Shown here: piece by piece, positions 45,876 to 58,700 of the stretch | Numbering within the stretch: the first letter of the stretch is position 1 | Layout: the number at the start of each line of letters is the position of its first letter | NCBI GenBank assembly: GCA_032718475.1 | Contig: JAUCBJ010006685.1 | Location: 1 to 64,000 of the forward strand | Source: Nemertoderma westbladi | Taxonomy: Eukaryota; Animalia; Xenacoelomorpha | Reading direction: 5' to 3' | DNA length: 64,000 bases | Notes under the pieces: model-generated | The model's input: the letters and a program-made list of their open reading frames with translations, nothing else | The model's database searches: none | What the model was told of the DNA's origin: nothing | Made by a program: the position numbers and the translations under genes

Positions 45876-46430
45876 TGTTAGCTTATTCAATCCCGCCAAC
45901 ACCCCATAAAGTTATTAGCCGATAAGCAATATTGGGAGCCACGAGATTGGGCAATTAACCAACTCGTGCCATCCCAATAAGAGTGGGAAGGAAGCACACA
46001 ATAGGGGTCAGGGGCCAAACCCCTAACCAAGAGAGAACAGCAAGGGCGAAGGGAAGCACTTCAGAGGGGGGCAAAGGGTGCCAACAGGGGTATTAGCCAA
46101 TGGGGGGACAGCATCGACTAAGTACTGTAACGGCCAAACCCGTGCAATATTACCTGTACGGTAATCATTATAGTCAGTTTACTCAGTCAGCTATCCCAGT
46201 ACAGTAAGGCAGTACGGTGACTGTTAAGACCGTCGTCGCCACCGTCACCATATTAGCAGTATTCAGCTTTATCTACTGTGCTATCTGTATCACTCATCAT
46301 TTATTATCTCAACGTTATCAGAGTTCGACAACGACACTAGAACAATTATTACCTTTTCCATTCACACGGCGGGGCGGGGACGCGTACGAAACACACCGGA
46401 TAAACCGGGATCCTCTCGGATCCCGTCACA
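45876..46430 (+). repeat. 3' LTR of element B
   Basis: Near-identical to 39948-40506. Confidence 0.95.
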
Positions 46431-47939
46431 TTAATGATTATTTTTAATTGATGGTGCATGAAATTAACCCTAGACCTGCCTGCTATCGTACTTGCAGTTC
46501 AATAATTTTATTTTTATAGATTCCGTAGTAAATGTTGTGAAGTTATTGTTTACATATTCGGTCCTACTTACAGTATTAACTTACATATGAACTAAAATAA
46601 AGTTTGAATTTTTATCCTATAAAAGGTAAAGCAGCCTTCAATAATGAAATCAGAGATCCATTCAGAGTCATCTATGCATGCACCTTTGATGTGGCTAAGT
46701 TTCATTATTACTTACATTGGTTTACTGTTTTGGTTATAAATATTTGCACCCAATTTCTCTCTCTCCTTTTCTAATTGAACTGCGTACTGCCTTTTACTCC
46801 AAATTGAAATCGCCATTTTTAAACAATTACCATTGCAATAGGCCTACAATACAGACAGTATAGTAATATAGAAGAACCGTGCAGTTATGTCTGACAAATC
46901 CCCATCCCCCACCTACTTCAATTTGCAGGTTGGCACTCCAAAGCAAACAAACATTTGGAATATAACCCCAGGCGACAACCCAGCCAATAATTTATTGACT
47001 TTTGTAAGCCACATGGTAGATAAGCAGAGTTTGTTTTACGACAGATAAAGTAGCTGCTGGGTCGATAAATGGCAAGGTAGTTAGGCTACTGGGTTGTACT
47101 GTACTTGCTACCGGTACCGGTAGGCTAGCCTGCTGTGTACCCCTACGATGCTATTCCTTTCATTCTAACGCACGTTCTAGATCGATAACTATTGATTGAT
47201 TTGAAGCGACTCCGTATGCTGATTCTGTTTTTGTAATGGAGTAAGTTTATGGGGCGGGGCTGGTAAATAAATTGTCATTGAGAAGTTTTAACAAGAATCT
47301 CAGCTCAGTCTATATCTAACATTTTATTTAATAATATATTTTTTCTTCGTTTTTTTTCTACATTTAGTTATAATATAGGACTATTATTATTCGATAAGAA
47401 ATGCACTAAACTGGGATAAACTCTGTTTTTTTCACTCGTTTTTCATTCAAAACACAATACGAGGGCATATAAAGAAGGTCCTACCTATTTTGTACCATTT
47501 TAATATAGGTCTATAGGCCTATTATTTGTATTTTTTTATTATATGGAGGGGGAGGGGGGGGGGATTTTAAATTTACTGTATCATGACCTACTATAATTCA
47601 TACGACACGCCAATCCGCTGCAAAACCCCTAAATTTAGTGGGCCAGTTATTTCTTTTAGATAGAACCCCTGAAACAATATGTCTAGCGCGTCGTAAGTAC
47701 TTGTCCCTAACTAAAATTATGTCCCCTTTCAGATAAGTCCAGTAGTAACTCCAGTAGTTTTCAAGATATGAGGAGTTCCTGGCACCCATACAATATCAGC
47801 ACTTTTCGGAATTCATAAAATTACACAAAATACAGTATATCACCTTTCAAGACTTTGGTAATCCATTAAACTACAGTATATTATGCATTATTGGTTAGTC
47901 GAATTAATTATTAGTTTTATTATTATTCATTATTTTATT

Positions 47940-48975
47940 TATTATTATTATTATTGATATTTCAAGTCAATATTTATAACTCTATTTGTAGGAAAACTAT
48001 AATACATTTAAACTTGGGGTTTCTCAACTCAACTATAAGGTCCATAGCAGAGCCGATTGAGGTTCAATAGAAAATCCAGTTGCCTTGGCAACCGGGCTAG
48101 ACAGATGTTAAAATTTACAAAATATTAATTTGAAGCCTAAGGAGAAGGTGTTATGTCTTGGGACCAACCCCTACCCCCACTATATGACTTATTCTGCGTC
48201 CGAATTTCATTGTTTAATTTTGCAGTTACCATGACAACCGCTGAAAACAGATGTTTTTATACAAAAATAACTCATTTGGACATAGACTTCGCGATAAAAT
48301 TTTACGAAACTGGGAATGTGTTATCTGGACCACTAGTTGGAACTTTTAGTGAAACTGAAAACATTCCAGAAATATCTTGTTACCATGGTAACTGGAGTTT
48401 ATTAAAGTCTATATCATTCAAGTCTAAATTCAATACTCTATTTGTAGCAAAATAATGTAATAAATATAAATTTGGGGTTTTGCAACTCATCTGTAAGGTC
48501 CATATACAATCCATTCGAGGTTAATTACACAATCCAATTACCATAGCAACAAGACTAAACAGATGTTAAAATTTCTAAAATGATAATTTGAAGCACAAGT
48601 TAATAGTATTATGACTTGGGACGAAGACCTACCCCCATTATATGACTTATTCTGCATCCGAATTACATTGTTCTATTTTTCAGTTTCCATAACAACCACT
48701 GCAAACAGATGCATTTTGATAGAAAATCGGTAATTTGGACATAAACTACAATAATTTCTGAAACTCGGTATATGTGTTATCTGAACCACAATCTGGACTA
48801 AATCTTTTTTCAAAGGTAAAATCAACAGTTCCAGAGAATTCTAGTTTCCATGGGAATAGAAGTTATTTATTGGCAAATGCTACTAAACTAGGCTAAGCAA
48901 CGAACCAAATTGTGACCGTTTGTTTAATTTTCCGTAGCTTCGTGGTTGCATTTCCTTTAGGAAATGCCTTTCTAG
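47940..48975 (+). mobile_element. Non-autonomous Helitron-like element with an internal ~455-bp duplication; 5' end approximate
   Basis: 3' hairpin gcatttcc-ttta-ggaaatgc (48948-48967) followed by CTAG|T at 48972-48976; diverged duplicate blocks start at ~47978 and ~48433. Confidence 0.5.
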
Positions 48976-49047
48976 TAATTTTAATGATCTTTTATCCCTT
49001 TGTAATTTTACACAGCTTGTAAATTTTCGTACTTGAAATAATAATAT

Positions 49048-49700
49048 TTTAGATCTCCTTCTTATAAATGATGATGACTCTGTTTATGATGTAACTAGTC
49101 TGCCAACTTTTGGCGCTAGTGACCATTCGTCTTTTAGTTTTCATATAAATACATTAATTAACAATAGTGAACCAAATTCCAAAGTATTTAATTTTCGTAA
49201 AATGGATGTACCTGGCATTAAGTTGCATTTACAGTCCATAAATTGGGATTAACTTTTTGGTAACTGCTCCGATGTTCACTCTTGTTTAGATAAATTCAAT
49301 TGCGAAGTTCTTGGTACTTTCAACATTTATGTTCCTATGTACGTATGGGCGGCGCTCCGGATCCGAAGGTATGCGAGTATATCGTGAGGAAAATCTGAGT
49401 TGCTCTGATTTAATTCGAAATTTCAGGAGAAAAGAAGAGCATAATAATTTTGAGCTGCTGAGACAAAAATGCGTTTTATAAATATGTGAATAAAAAAGAA
49501 GTACTTTTATTACAGTAGCGCCTCTTCTACATAATGGTAAACTAGTATATTCTGATGCTGATAAATGTGAATGCCTGATAAACCAGTACACTTCCGTTGG
49601 TAACACTGATAATGGTTTGAGCCCTGCTGTTGATAAAATAACTAATACATATGATGAAAATGATTTTGAAGATTAGATATGATGAAAAATCTTCGTCTTA
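49048..49700 (+). pseudogene. Decayed CR1-group LINE ORF2 fragment (end of the apurinic endonuclease and linker)
   Basis: LDLLLINDDDSVYDVTSLPTFGASDH matches the LDL...SDH motif at the end of the APE domain; later frames are broken. Confidence 0.6.
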
Positions 49701-49719
49701 AGTACATCCATTGCCCACA

Positions 49720-52700
49720 TACTTCCCCAATGACTATATATTTCTCACGAACTACTTGCTTTACTTCCCCAGGGACTATATATTTCTCACGAACTACTTG
49801 CTTTACTTCCCCAATGACTATATATTTCTCACTAACTACTTGCAGTACTTCCCCAATGACTAGATATTTCTCACGAACTACTTGCTTTACTTCCCCAATA
49901 ACTATATATTTCTCACGAACTACTTGCTGTACTTCCCCAATAACTATATATTTCTCACGAACTACTTGCTGTACTTCCCCAATAACTATATATTTCTCAC
50001 GAACTACTTGCTGTACTTCCCCAATAACTATATATTTCTCACGAACTACTTGCTTTACTTCCCCAATGACTATATATTTCTCACGAACTACTTGCTTTAC
50101 TTCCCCAATAACTATATATTTCTCACGAACTACTTGCTGTACTTCCCCAATAACTATATATTTCTCACGAACTACTTGCTGTACTTCCCCAATAACTATA
50201 TATTTCTCACGAACTACTTGCTTTACTTCCCCAGGGACTATATATTTCTCACGAACTACTTGCTTTACTTCCCCAATGACTATATATTTCTCACGAACTA
50301 CTTGCTTTACTTCCCCAATGACTATATATTTCTCACAAACTACTTGCTTTACTTCCCCAGGGACTATATATTTCTCACGAACTACTTGCTGTACTTCCCC
50401 AGGGACTATATATTTCTCACGAACTACTTGCTTTACTTCCCCAGGGACTATATATTTCTCACGAACTACTTGCTGTACTTCCCCAGGGACTATATATTTC
50501 TCACGAACTACTTGCTTTACTTCCCCAGGGACTATATATTTCTCACAAACTACTTGCTTTACTTCCCCAGGGACTATATATTTCTCACGAACTACTTGCT
50601 GTACTTCCCCAGGGACTATATATTTCTCACGAACTACTTGCTTTACTTCCCCAGGGACTATATATTTCTCACGAACTACTTGCTGTACTTCCCCAGGGAC
50701 TATATATTTCTCACGAACTACTTGCTTTACTTCCCCAGGGACTATATATTTCTCACGAACTACTTGCTGTACTTCCCCAGGGACTATATATTTCTCACGA
50801 ACTACTTGCTTTACTTCCCCAGGGACTATATATTTCTCACAAACTACTTGCTTTACTTCCCCAGGGACTATATATTTCTCACGAACTACTTGCTGTACTT
50901 CCCCAGGGACTATATATTTCTCACGAACTACTTGCTTTACTTCCCCAGGGACTATATATTTCTCACGAACTACTTGCTGTACTTCCCCAGGGACTATATA
51001 TTTCTCACGAACTACTTGCTTTACTTCCCCAGGGACTATATATTTCTCACGAACTACTTGCTGTACTTCCCCAGGGACTATATATTTCTCACGAACTACT
51101 TGCTTTACTTCCCCAGGGACTATATATTTCTCACAAACTACTTGCTTTACTTCCCCAGGGACTATATATTTCTCACGAACTACTTGCTGTACTTCCCCAG
51201 GGACTATATATTTCTCACGAACTACTTGCTTTACTTCCCCAGGGACTATATATTTCTCACGAACTACTTGCTGTACTTCCCCAGGGACTATATATTTCTC
51301 ACGAACTACTTGCTTTACTTCCCCAGGGACTATATATTTCTCACGAACTACTCGCTTTACTTCCCCAATAACTATATATTTCTCACGAACTACTTGCTTT
51401 ACTTCCCCAGGGACTATATATTTCTCACGAACTACTTGCTGTACTTCCCCAGGGACTATATATTTCTCACGAACTACTTGCTGTACTTCCCCAATGACTA
51501 TATATTTCTCACGAACTACTTGCTTTACTTCCCCAATAACTATATATTTCTCACGAACTACTTGCTGTACTTCCCCAATAACTATATATTTCTCACGAAC
51601 TACTTGCTGTACTTCCCCAATAACTATATATTTCTCACGAACTACTTGCTTTACTTCCCCAATGACTATATATTTCTCACGAACTACTTGCTTTACTTCC
51701 CCAATAACTATATATTTCTCACGAACTACTTGCTGTACTTCCCCAATAACTATATATTTCTCACGAACTACTTGCTGTACTTCCCCAATAACTATATATT
51801 TCTCACGAACTACTTGCTTTACTTCCCCAGGGACTATATATTTCTCACGAACTACTTGCTTTACTTCCCCAATGACTATATATTTCTCACGAACTACTTG
51901 CTTTACTTCCCCAATGACTATATATTTCTCACAAACTACTTGCTTTACTTCCCCAGGGACTATATATTTCTCACGAACTACTTGCTGTACTTCCCCAGGG
52001 ACTATATATTTCTCACGAACTACTCGCTTTACTTCCCCAATAACTATATATTTCTCACGAACTACTTGCTTTACTTCCCCAGGGACTATATATTTCTCAC
52101 GAACTACTTGCTTTACTTCCCCAATGACTATATATTTCTCACGAACTACTTGCTGTACTTCCCCAATAACTATATATTTCTCACGAACTACTTGCTTTAC
52201 TTCCCCAGGGACTATATATTTCTCACGAACTACTTGCTGTACTTCCCCAGGGACTATATATTTCTCACGAACTACTCGCTTTACTTCCCCAATAACTATA
52301 TATTTCTCACGAACTACTTGCTTTACTTCCCCAGGGACTATATATTTCTCACGAACTACTTGCTTTACTTCCCCAATGACTATATATTTCTCACGAACTA
52401 CTTGCTTTACTTCCCCAATGACTATATATTTCTCACAAACTACTTGCTTTACTTCCCCAATGACTATATATTTCTCACGAACTACTTGCTTTACTTCCCC
52501 AGGGACTATATATTTCTCACGAACTACTTGCTGTACTTCCCCAATAACTATATATTTCTCACGAACTACTTGCTTTACTTCCCCAGGGACTATATATTTC
52601 TCACGAACTACTTGCTGTACTTCCCCAATGACTATATATTTCTCACGAACTACTCGCTTTACTTCCCCAATAACTATATATTTCTCACGAACTACTTGCT

Positions 52701-55700
52701 GTACTTCCCCAGGGACTATATATTTCTCACGAACTATTGCTTTACTTCCCCAATGACTATATATTTCTCACGAACTACTTGCTTTACTTCCCCAGGGACT
52801 ATATATTTCTCACGAACTACTTGCTGTACTTCCCCAGGGACTATATATTTCTCACGAACTACTTGCTTTACTTCCCCAATGACTATATATTTCTCACGAA
52901 CTACTTGCTGTACTTCCCCAATAACTATATATTTCTCACGAACTACTTGCTTTACTTCCCCAATGACTATATATTTCTCACGAACTACTTGCTTTACTTC
53001 CCCAGGGACTATATATTTCTCACGAACTACTTGCTGTACTTCCCCAGGGACTATATATTTCTCACGAACTACTTGCTTTACTTCCCCAGGGACTATATAT
53101 TTCTCACGAACTACTTGCTTTACTTCCCCAATGACTATATATTTATCACGAACTACTTGCTTTACTTCCCCAATGACTATATATTTATCACGAACTACTT
53201 GCTTTACTTCCCCAATGACTATATATTTCTCACGAACTACTTGCTTTACTTCCCCAATGACTATATATTTATCACGAACTACTTGCTTTACTTCCCCAGG
53301 GACTATATATTTCTCACGAACTACTTGCTTTACTTCCCCAATGACTATATATTTCTCACGAACTACTTGCTTTACTTCCCCAATGACTATATATTTCTCA
53401 CGAACTACTTGCTGTACTTCCCCAGGGACTATATATTTCTCACGAACTACTTGCTTTACTTCCCCAGGGACTATATATTTCTCACGAACTACTTGCTTTA
53501 CTTCCCCAATGACTATATATTTATCACGAACTACTTGCTTTACTTCCCCAATGACTATATATTTATCACGAACTACTTGCTTTACTTCCCCAGGGACTAT
53601 ATATTTCTCACGAACTACTTGCTTTACTTCCCCAGGGACTATATATTTCTCACGAACTACTTGCTTTACTTCCCCAATGACTATATATTTATCACGAACT
53701 ACTTGCTTTACTTCCCCAGGGACTAGATATTTCTCACGAACTACTTGCTTTACTTCCCCAATGACTATATATTTATCACGAACTACTTGCTTTACTTCCC
53801 CAGGGACTAGATATTTCTCACGAACTACTTGCTTTACTTCCCCAATGACTATATATTTATCACGAACTACTTGCTTTACTTCCCCAGGGACTAGATATTT
53901 CTCACGAACTACTTGCTTTACTTCCCCAATGACTATATATTTATCACGAACTACTTGCTTTACTTCCCCAGGGACTAGATATTTCTCACGAACTACTTGC
54001 TTTACTTCCCCAGGGACTATATATTTCTCACGAACTACTTGTTGTACTTCCCCAGGGACTATATATTATAAAAGTACATAAATTAATATATAATCCACAC
54101 AAAAGGCCTGACTTTATTAACCTAATAGGTGATACAGTGTACTGCACTACACGGAAAATACTCTAGTCCCTTCACCGGTTGCTAGTTTTTCTAAAGTCTG
54201 ACAGTTACATTTTTAATAGGTGATACAGTGTACTGCACTACACGGACAAATACTCTAGTCCCTTCACCGGTCGCTAGTTTTTCTAAAGTCTGACTGTTAC
54301 ATATATTTCTCACGAACTACTTGCTGTACTTCCCCAGGGACTATATATTTCTCACGAACTACTTGCTGTACTTCCCCAATGACTATATATTTCTCACGAA
54401 CTACTTGCTTTACTTCCCCAGGGACTATATATTTCTCACGAACTACTTGCTTTACTTCCCCAGGGACTATATATTTCTCACGAACTACTTGCTGTACTTC
54501 CCCAGGGACTATATATTTCTCACGAACTACTTGTTGTACTTCCCCAGGGACTATATATTTCTCACGAACTACTTGCTTTACTTCCCCAATGACTATATAT
54601 TTATCACGAACTACTTGCTTTACTTCCCCAGGGACTAGATATTTCTCACGAACTACTTGCTTTACTTCCCCAATGACTATATATTTATCACGAACTACTT
54701 GCTTTACTTCCCCAGGGACTAGATATTTCTCACGAACTACTTGCTTTACTTCCCCAATGACTATATATTTATCACGAACTACTTGCTTTACTTCCCCAGG
54801 GACTAGATATTTCTCACGAACTACTTGCTTTACTTCCCCAATGACTATATATTTATCACGAACTACTTGCTTTACTTCCCCAGGGACTAGATATTTCTCA
54901 CGAACTACTTGCTTTACTTCCCCAATGACTATATATTTATCACGAACTACTTGCTTTACTTCCCCAATGACTATATATTTCTCACGAACTACTTGCTTTA
55001 CTTCCCCAGGGACTATATATTTCTCACGAACTACTTGCTGTACTTCCCCAGGGACTATATATTTCTCACGAACTACTTGCTGTACTTCCCCAGGGACTAT
55101 ATATTTCTCACGAACTACTTGTTGTACTTCCCCAGGGACTATATATTTCTCACGAACTACTTGCTTTACTTCCCCAATGACTATATATTTATCACGAACT
55201 ACTTGCTTTACTTCCCCAGGGACTAGATATTTCTCACGAACTACTTGCTTTACTTCCCCAATGACTATATATTTCTCACGAACTACTTGCTTTACTTCCC
55301 CAATGACTATATATTTCTCACAAACTACTTGCTTTACTTCCCCAGGGACTAGATATTTCTCACGAACTACTTGCTTTACTTCCCCAATGACTATATATTT
55401 CTCACGAACTACTTGCTTTACTTCACCAATGACTATATATTTCTCACGAACTACTTGCTCTACTTCCCCAATGACTATATATTTATCACGAACTACTTGC
55501 TTTACTTCCCCAATGACTATATATTTATCACGAACTACTTGCTTTACTTCCCCAGGGACTATATATTTCTCACGAACTACTTGCTTTACTTCCCCAATGA
55601 CTATATATTTCTCACGAACTACTTGCTTTACTTCACCAATGACTATATATTTCTCACGAACTACTTGCTCTACTTCCCCAGGGACTATATATTTCTCACG

Positions 55701-58700
55701 AACTACTTGCTCTACTTCCCCAATGACTATATATTTCTCACGAACTACTTGCTGTACTTCCCCAGGGACTATATATTTCTCACGAACTACTTGCTCTACT
55801 TCCCCAATGACTATATATTTATCACGAACTACTTGCTTTACTTCCCCAATGACTATATATTTCTCACGAACTACTTGCTCTACTTCCCCAGGGACTATAT
55901 ATTTCTCACGAACTACTTGCTCTACTTCCCCAATGACTATATATTTCTCACGAACTACTTGCTGTACTTCCCCAGGGACTATATATTTCTCACGAACTAC
56001 TTGCTCTACTTCCCCAATGACTATATATTTATCACGAACTACTTGCTTTACTTCCCCAATGACTATATATTTCTCACGAACTACTTGCTCTACTTCCCCA
56101 ATGACTATATATTTCTCACGAACTACTTGCTGTACTTCCCCAGGGACTATATATTTCTCACGAACTACTTGCTCTACTTCCCCAATGACTATATATTTAT
56201 CACGAACTACTTGCTTTACTTCCCCAATGACTATATATTTCTCACGAACTACTTGCTCTACTTCCCCAATGACTATATATTTCTCACGAACTACTTGCTG
56301 TACTTCCCCAGGGACTATATATTTCTCACGAACTACTTGCTCTACTTCCCCAATGACTATATATTTATCACGAACTACTTGCTTTACTTCCCCAATGACT
56401 ATATATTTATCACGAACTACTTGCTTTACTTCCCCAGGGACTATATATTTCTCACGAACTACTTGCTGTACTTCCCCAGGGACTATATATTTCTCACGAA
56501 CTACTTGCTTTACTTCCCCAGGGACTATATATTTCTCACGAACTACTTGCTTTACTTCCCCAATGACTATATATTTATCACGAACTACTTGCTTTACTTC
56601 CCCAATGACTATATATTTATCACGAACTACTTGCTTTACTTCCCCAATGACTATATATTTATCACGAACTACTTGCTTTACTTCCCCAGGGACTATATAT
56701 TTCTCACGAACTACTTGCTTTACTTCCCCAATGACTATATATTTCTCACGAACTACTTGCTTTACTTCACCAATGACTATATATTTCTCACGAACTACTT
56801 GCTCTACTTCCCCAATGACTATATATTTCTCACGAACTACTTGCTTTACTTCACCAATGACTATATATTTCTCACGAACTACTTGCTCTACTTCCCCAAT
56901 GACTATATATTTATCACGAACTACTTGCTTTACTTCCCCAATGACTATATATTTATCACGAACTACTTGCTTTACTTCCCCAGGGACTATATATTTCTCA
57001 CGAACTACTTGCTTTACTTCCCCAATGACTATATATTTCTCACGAACTACTTGCTTTACTTCACCAATGACTATATATTTCTCACGAACTACTTGCTCTA
57101 CTTCCCCAATGACTATATATTTATCACGAACTACTTGCTTTACTTCCCCAATGACTATATATTTATCACGAACTACTTGCTTTACTTCCCCAGGGACTAT
57201 ATATTTCTCACGAACTACTTGCTGTACTTCCCCAGGGACTATATATTTCTCACGAACTACTTGCTTTACTTCCCCAGGGACTATATATTTCTCACGAACT
57301 ACTTGCTTTACTTCCCCAATGACTATATATTTATCACGAACTACTTGCTTTACTTCCCCAGGGACTATATATTTCTCACGAACTACTTGCTTTACTTCCC
57401 CAATGACTATATATTTATCACGAACTACTTGCTTTACTTCCCCAATGACTATATATTTATCACGAACTACTTGCTGTACTTCCCCAATGACTATATATTT
57501 CTCACGAACTACTTGCTTTACTTCCCCAGGGACTATATATTTCTCACGAACTACTTGCTTTACTTCCCCAATGACTATATATTTATCACGAACTACTTGC
57601 TTTACTTCCCCAGGGACTATATATTTCTCACGAACTACTTGCTTTACTTCCCCAATGACTATATATTTATCACGAACTACTTGCTTTACTTCCCCAATGA
57701 CTATATATTTATCACGAACTACTTGCTTTACTTCCCCAATGACTATATATTTCTCACGAACTACTTGCTTTACTTCCCCAATGACAATATATTTCTCACG
57801 AACTACTTGCTTTACTTCCCCAATGACTATATATTTCTCACGAACTACTTGCTTTACTTCCCCAGGGACTATATATTTCTCACGAACTACTTGCTTTACT
57901 TCCCCAGGGACTATATATTTCTCACGAACTACTTGCTTTACTTCCCCAATGACTATATATTTATCACGAACTACTTGCTTTACTTCCCCAATGACTATAT
58001 ATTTATCACGAACTACTTGCTTTACTTCCCCAGGGACTATATATTTCTCACGAACTACTTGCTTTACTTCCCCAATGACTATATATTTATCACGAACTAC
58101 TTGCTTTACTTCCCCAATGACTATATATTTATCACGAACTACTTGCTTTACTTCCACAGGGACTATATATTTCTCACGAACTACTTGCTTTACTTCCCCA
58201 ATGACTATATATTTATCACGAACTACTTGCTTTACTTCCCCAATGACTATATATTTATCACGAACTACTTGCTTTACTTCCACAGGGACTATATATTTCT
58301 CACGAACTACTTGCTTTACTTCCCCAATGACTATATATTTCTCACGAACTCCTTGCTTTACTTCCCCAATAACTATATATTTCTCACGAACTACTTGCTT
58401 TACTTCCCCAATGACTATATATTTATCACGAACTACTTGCTTTACTTCCCCAATGACTATATATTTATCACGAACTACTTGCTTTACTTCCCCAGGGACT
58501 ATATATTTCTCACGAACTACTTGCTTTACTTCCCCAGGGACTATATATTTCTCACGAACTACTTGCTTTACTTCCCCAATGACTATATATTTCTCACGAA
58601 CTACTTGCTTTACTTCCCCAGGGACTATATATTTCTCACGAACTACTTGCTTTACTTCCCCAATGACTATATATTTCTCACGAACTCCTTGCTTTACTTC

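Larger units (their letters stand above)
39948..46430 (+). mobile_element. Non-autonomous BEL/Pao-like LTR retrotransposon, copy B (same family as A, different LTR type)
   Basis: LTRs 39948-40506 and 45876-46430 (TG...CA; differ by a 4-bp indel in an AT run); 5-bp TSD ttaat (39943-39947, 46431-46435); PPT ggggggggag before the 3' LTR; gag-like ORFs homologous to element A. Confidence 0.92.
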
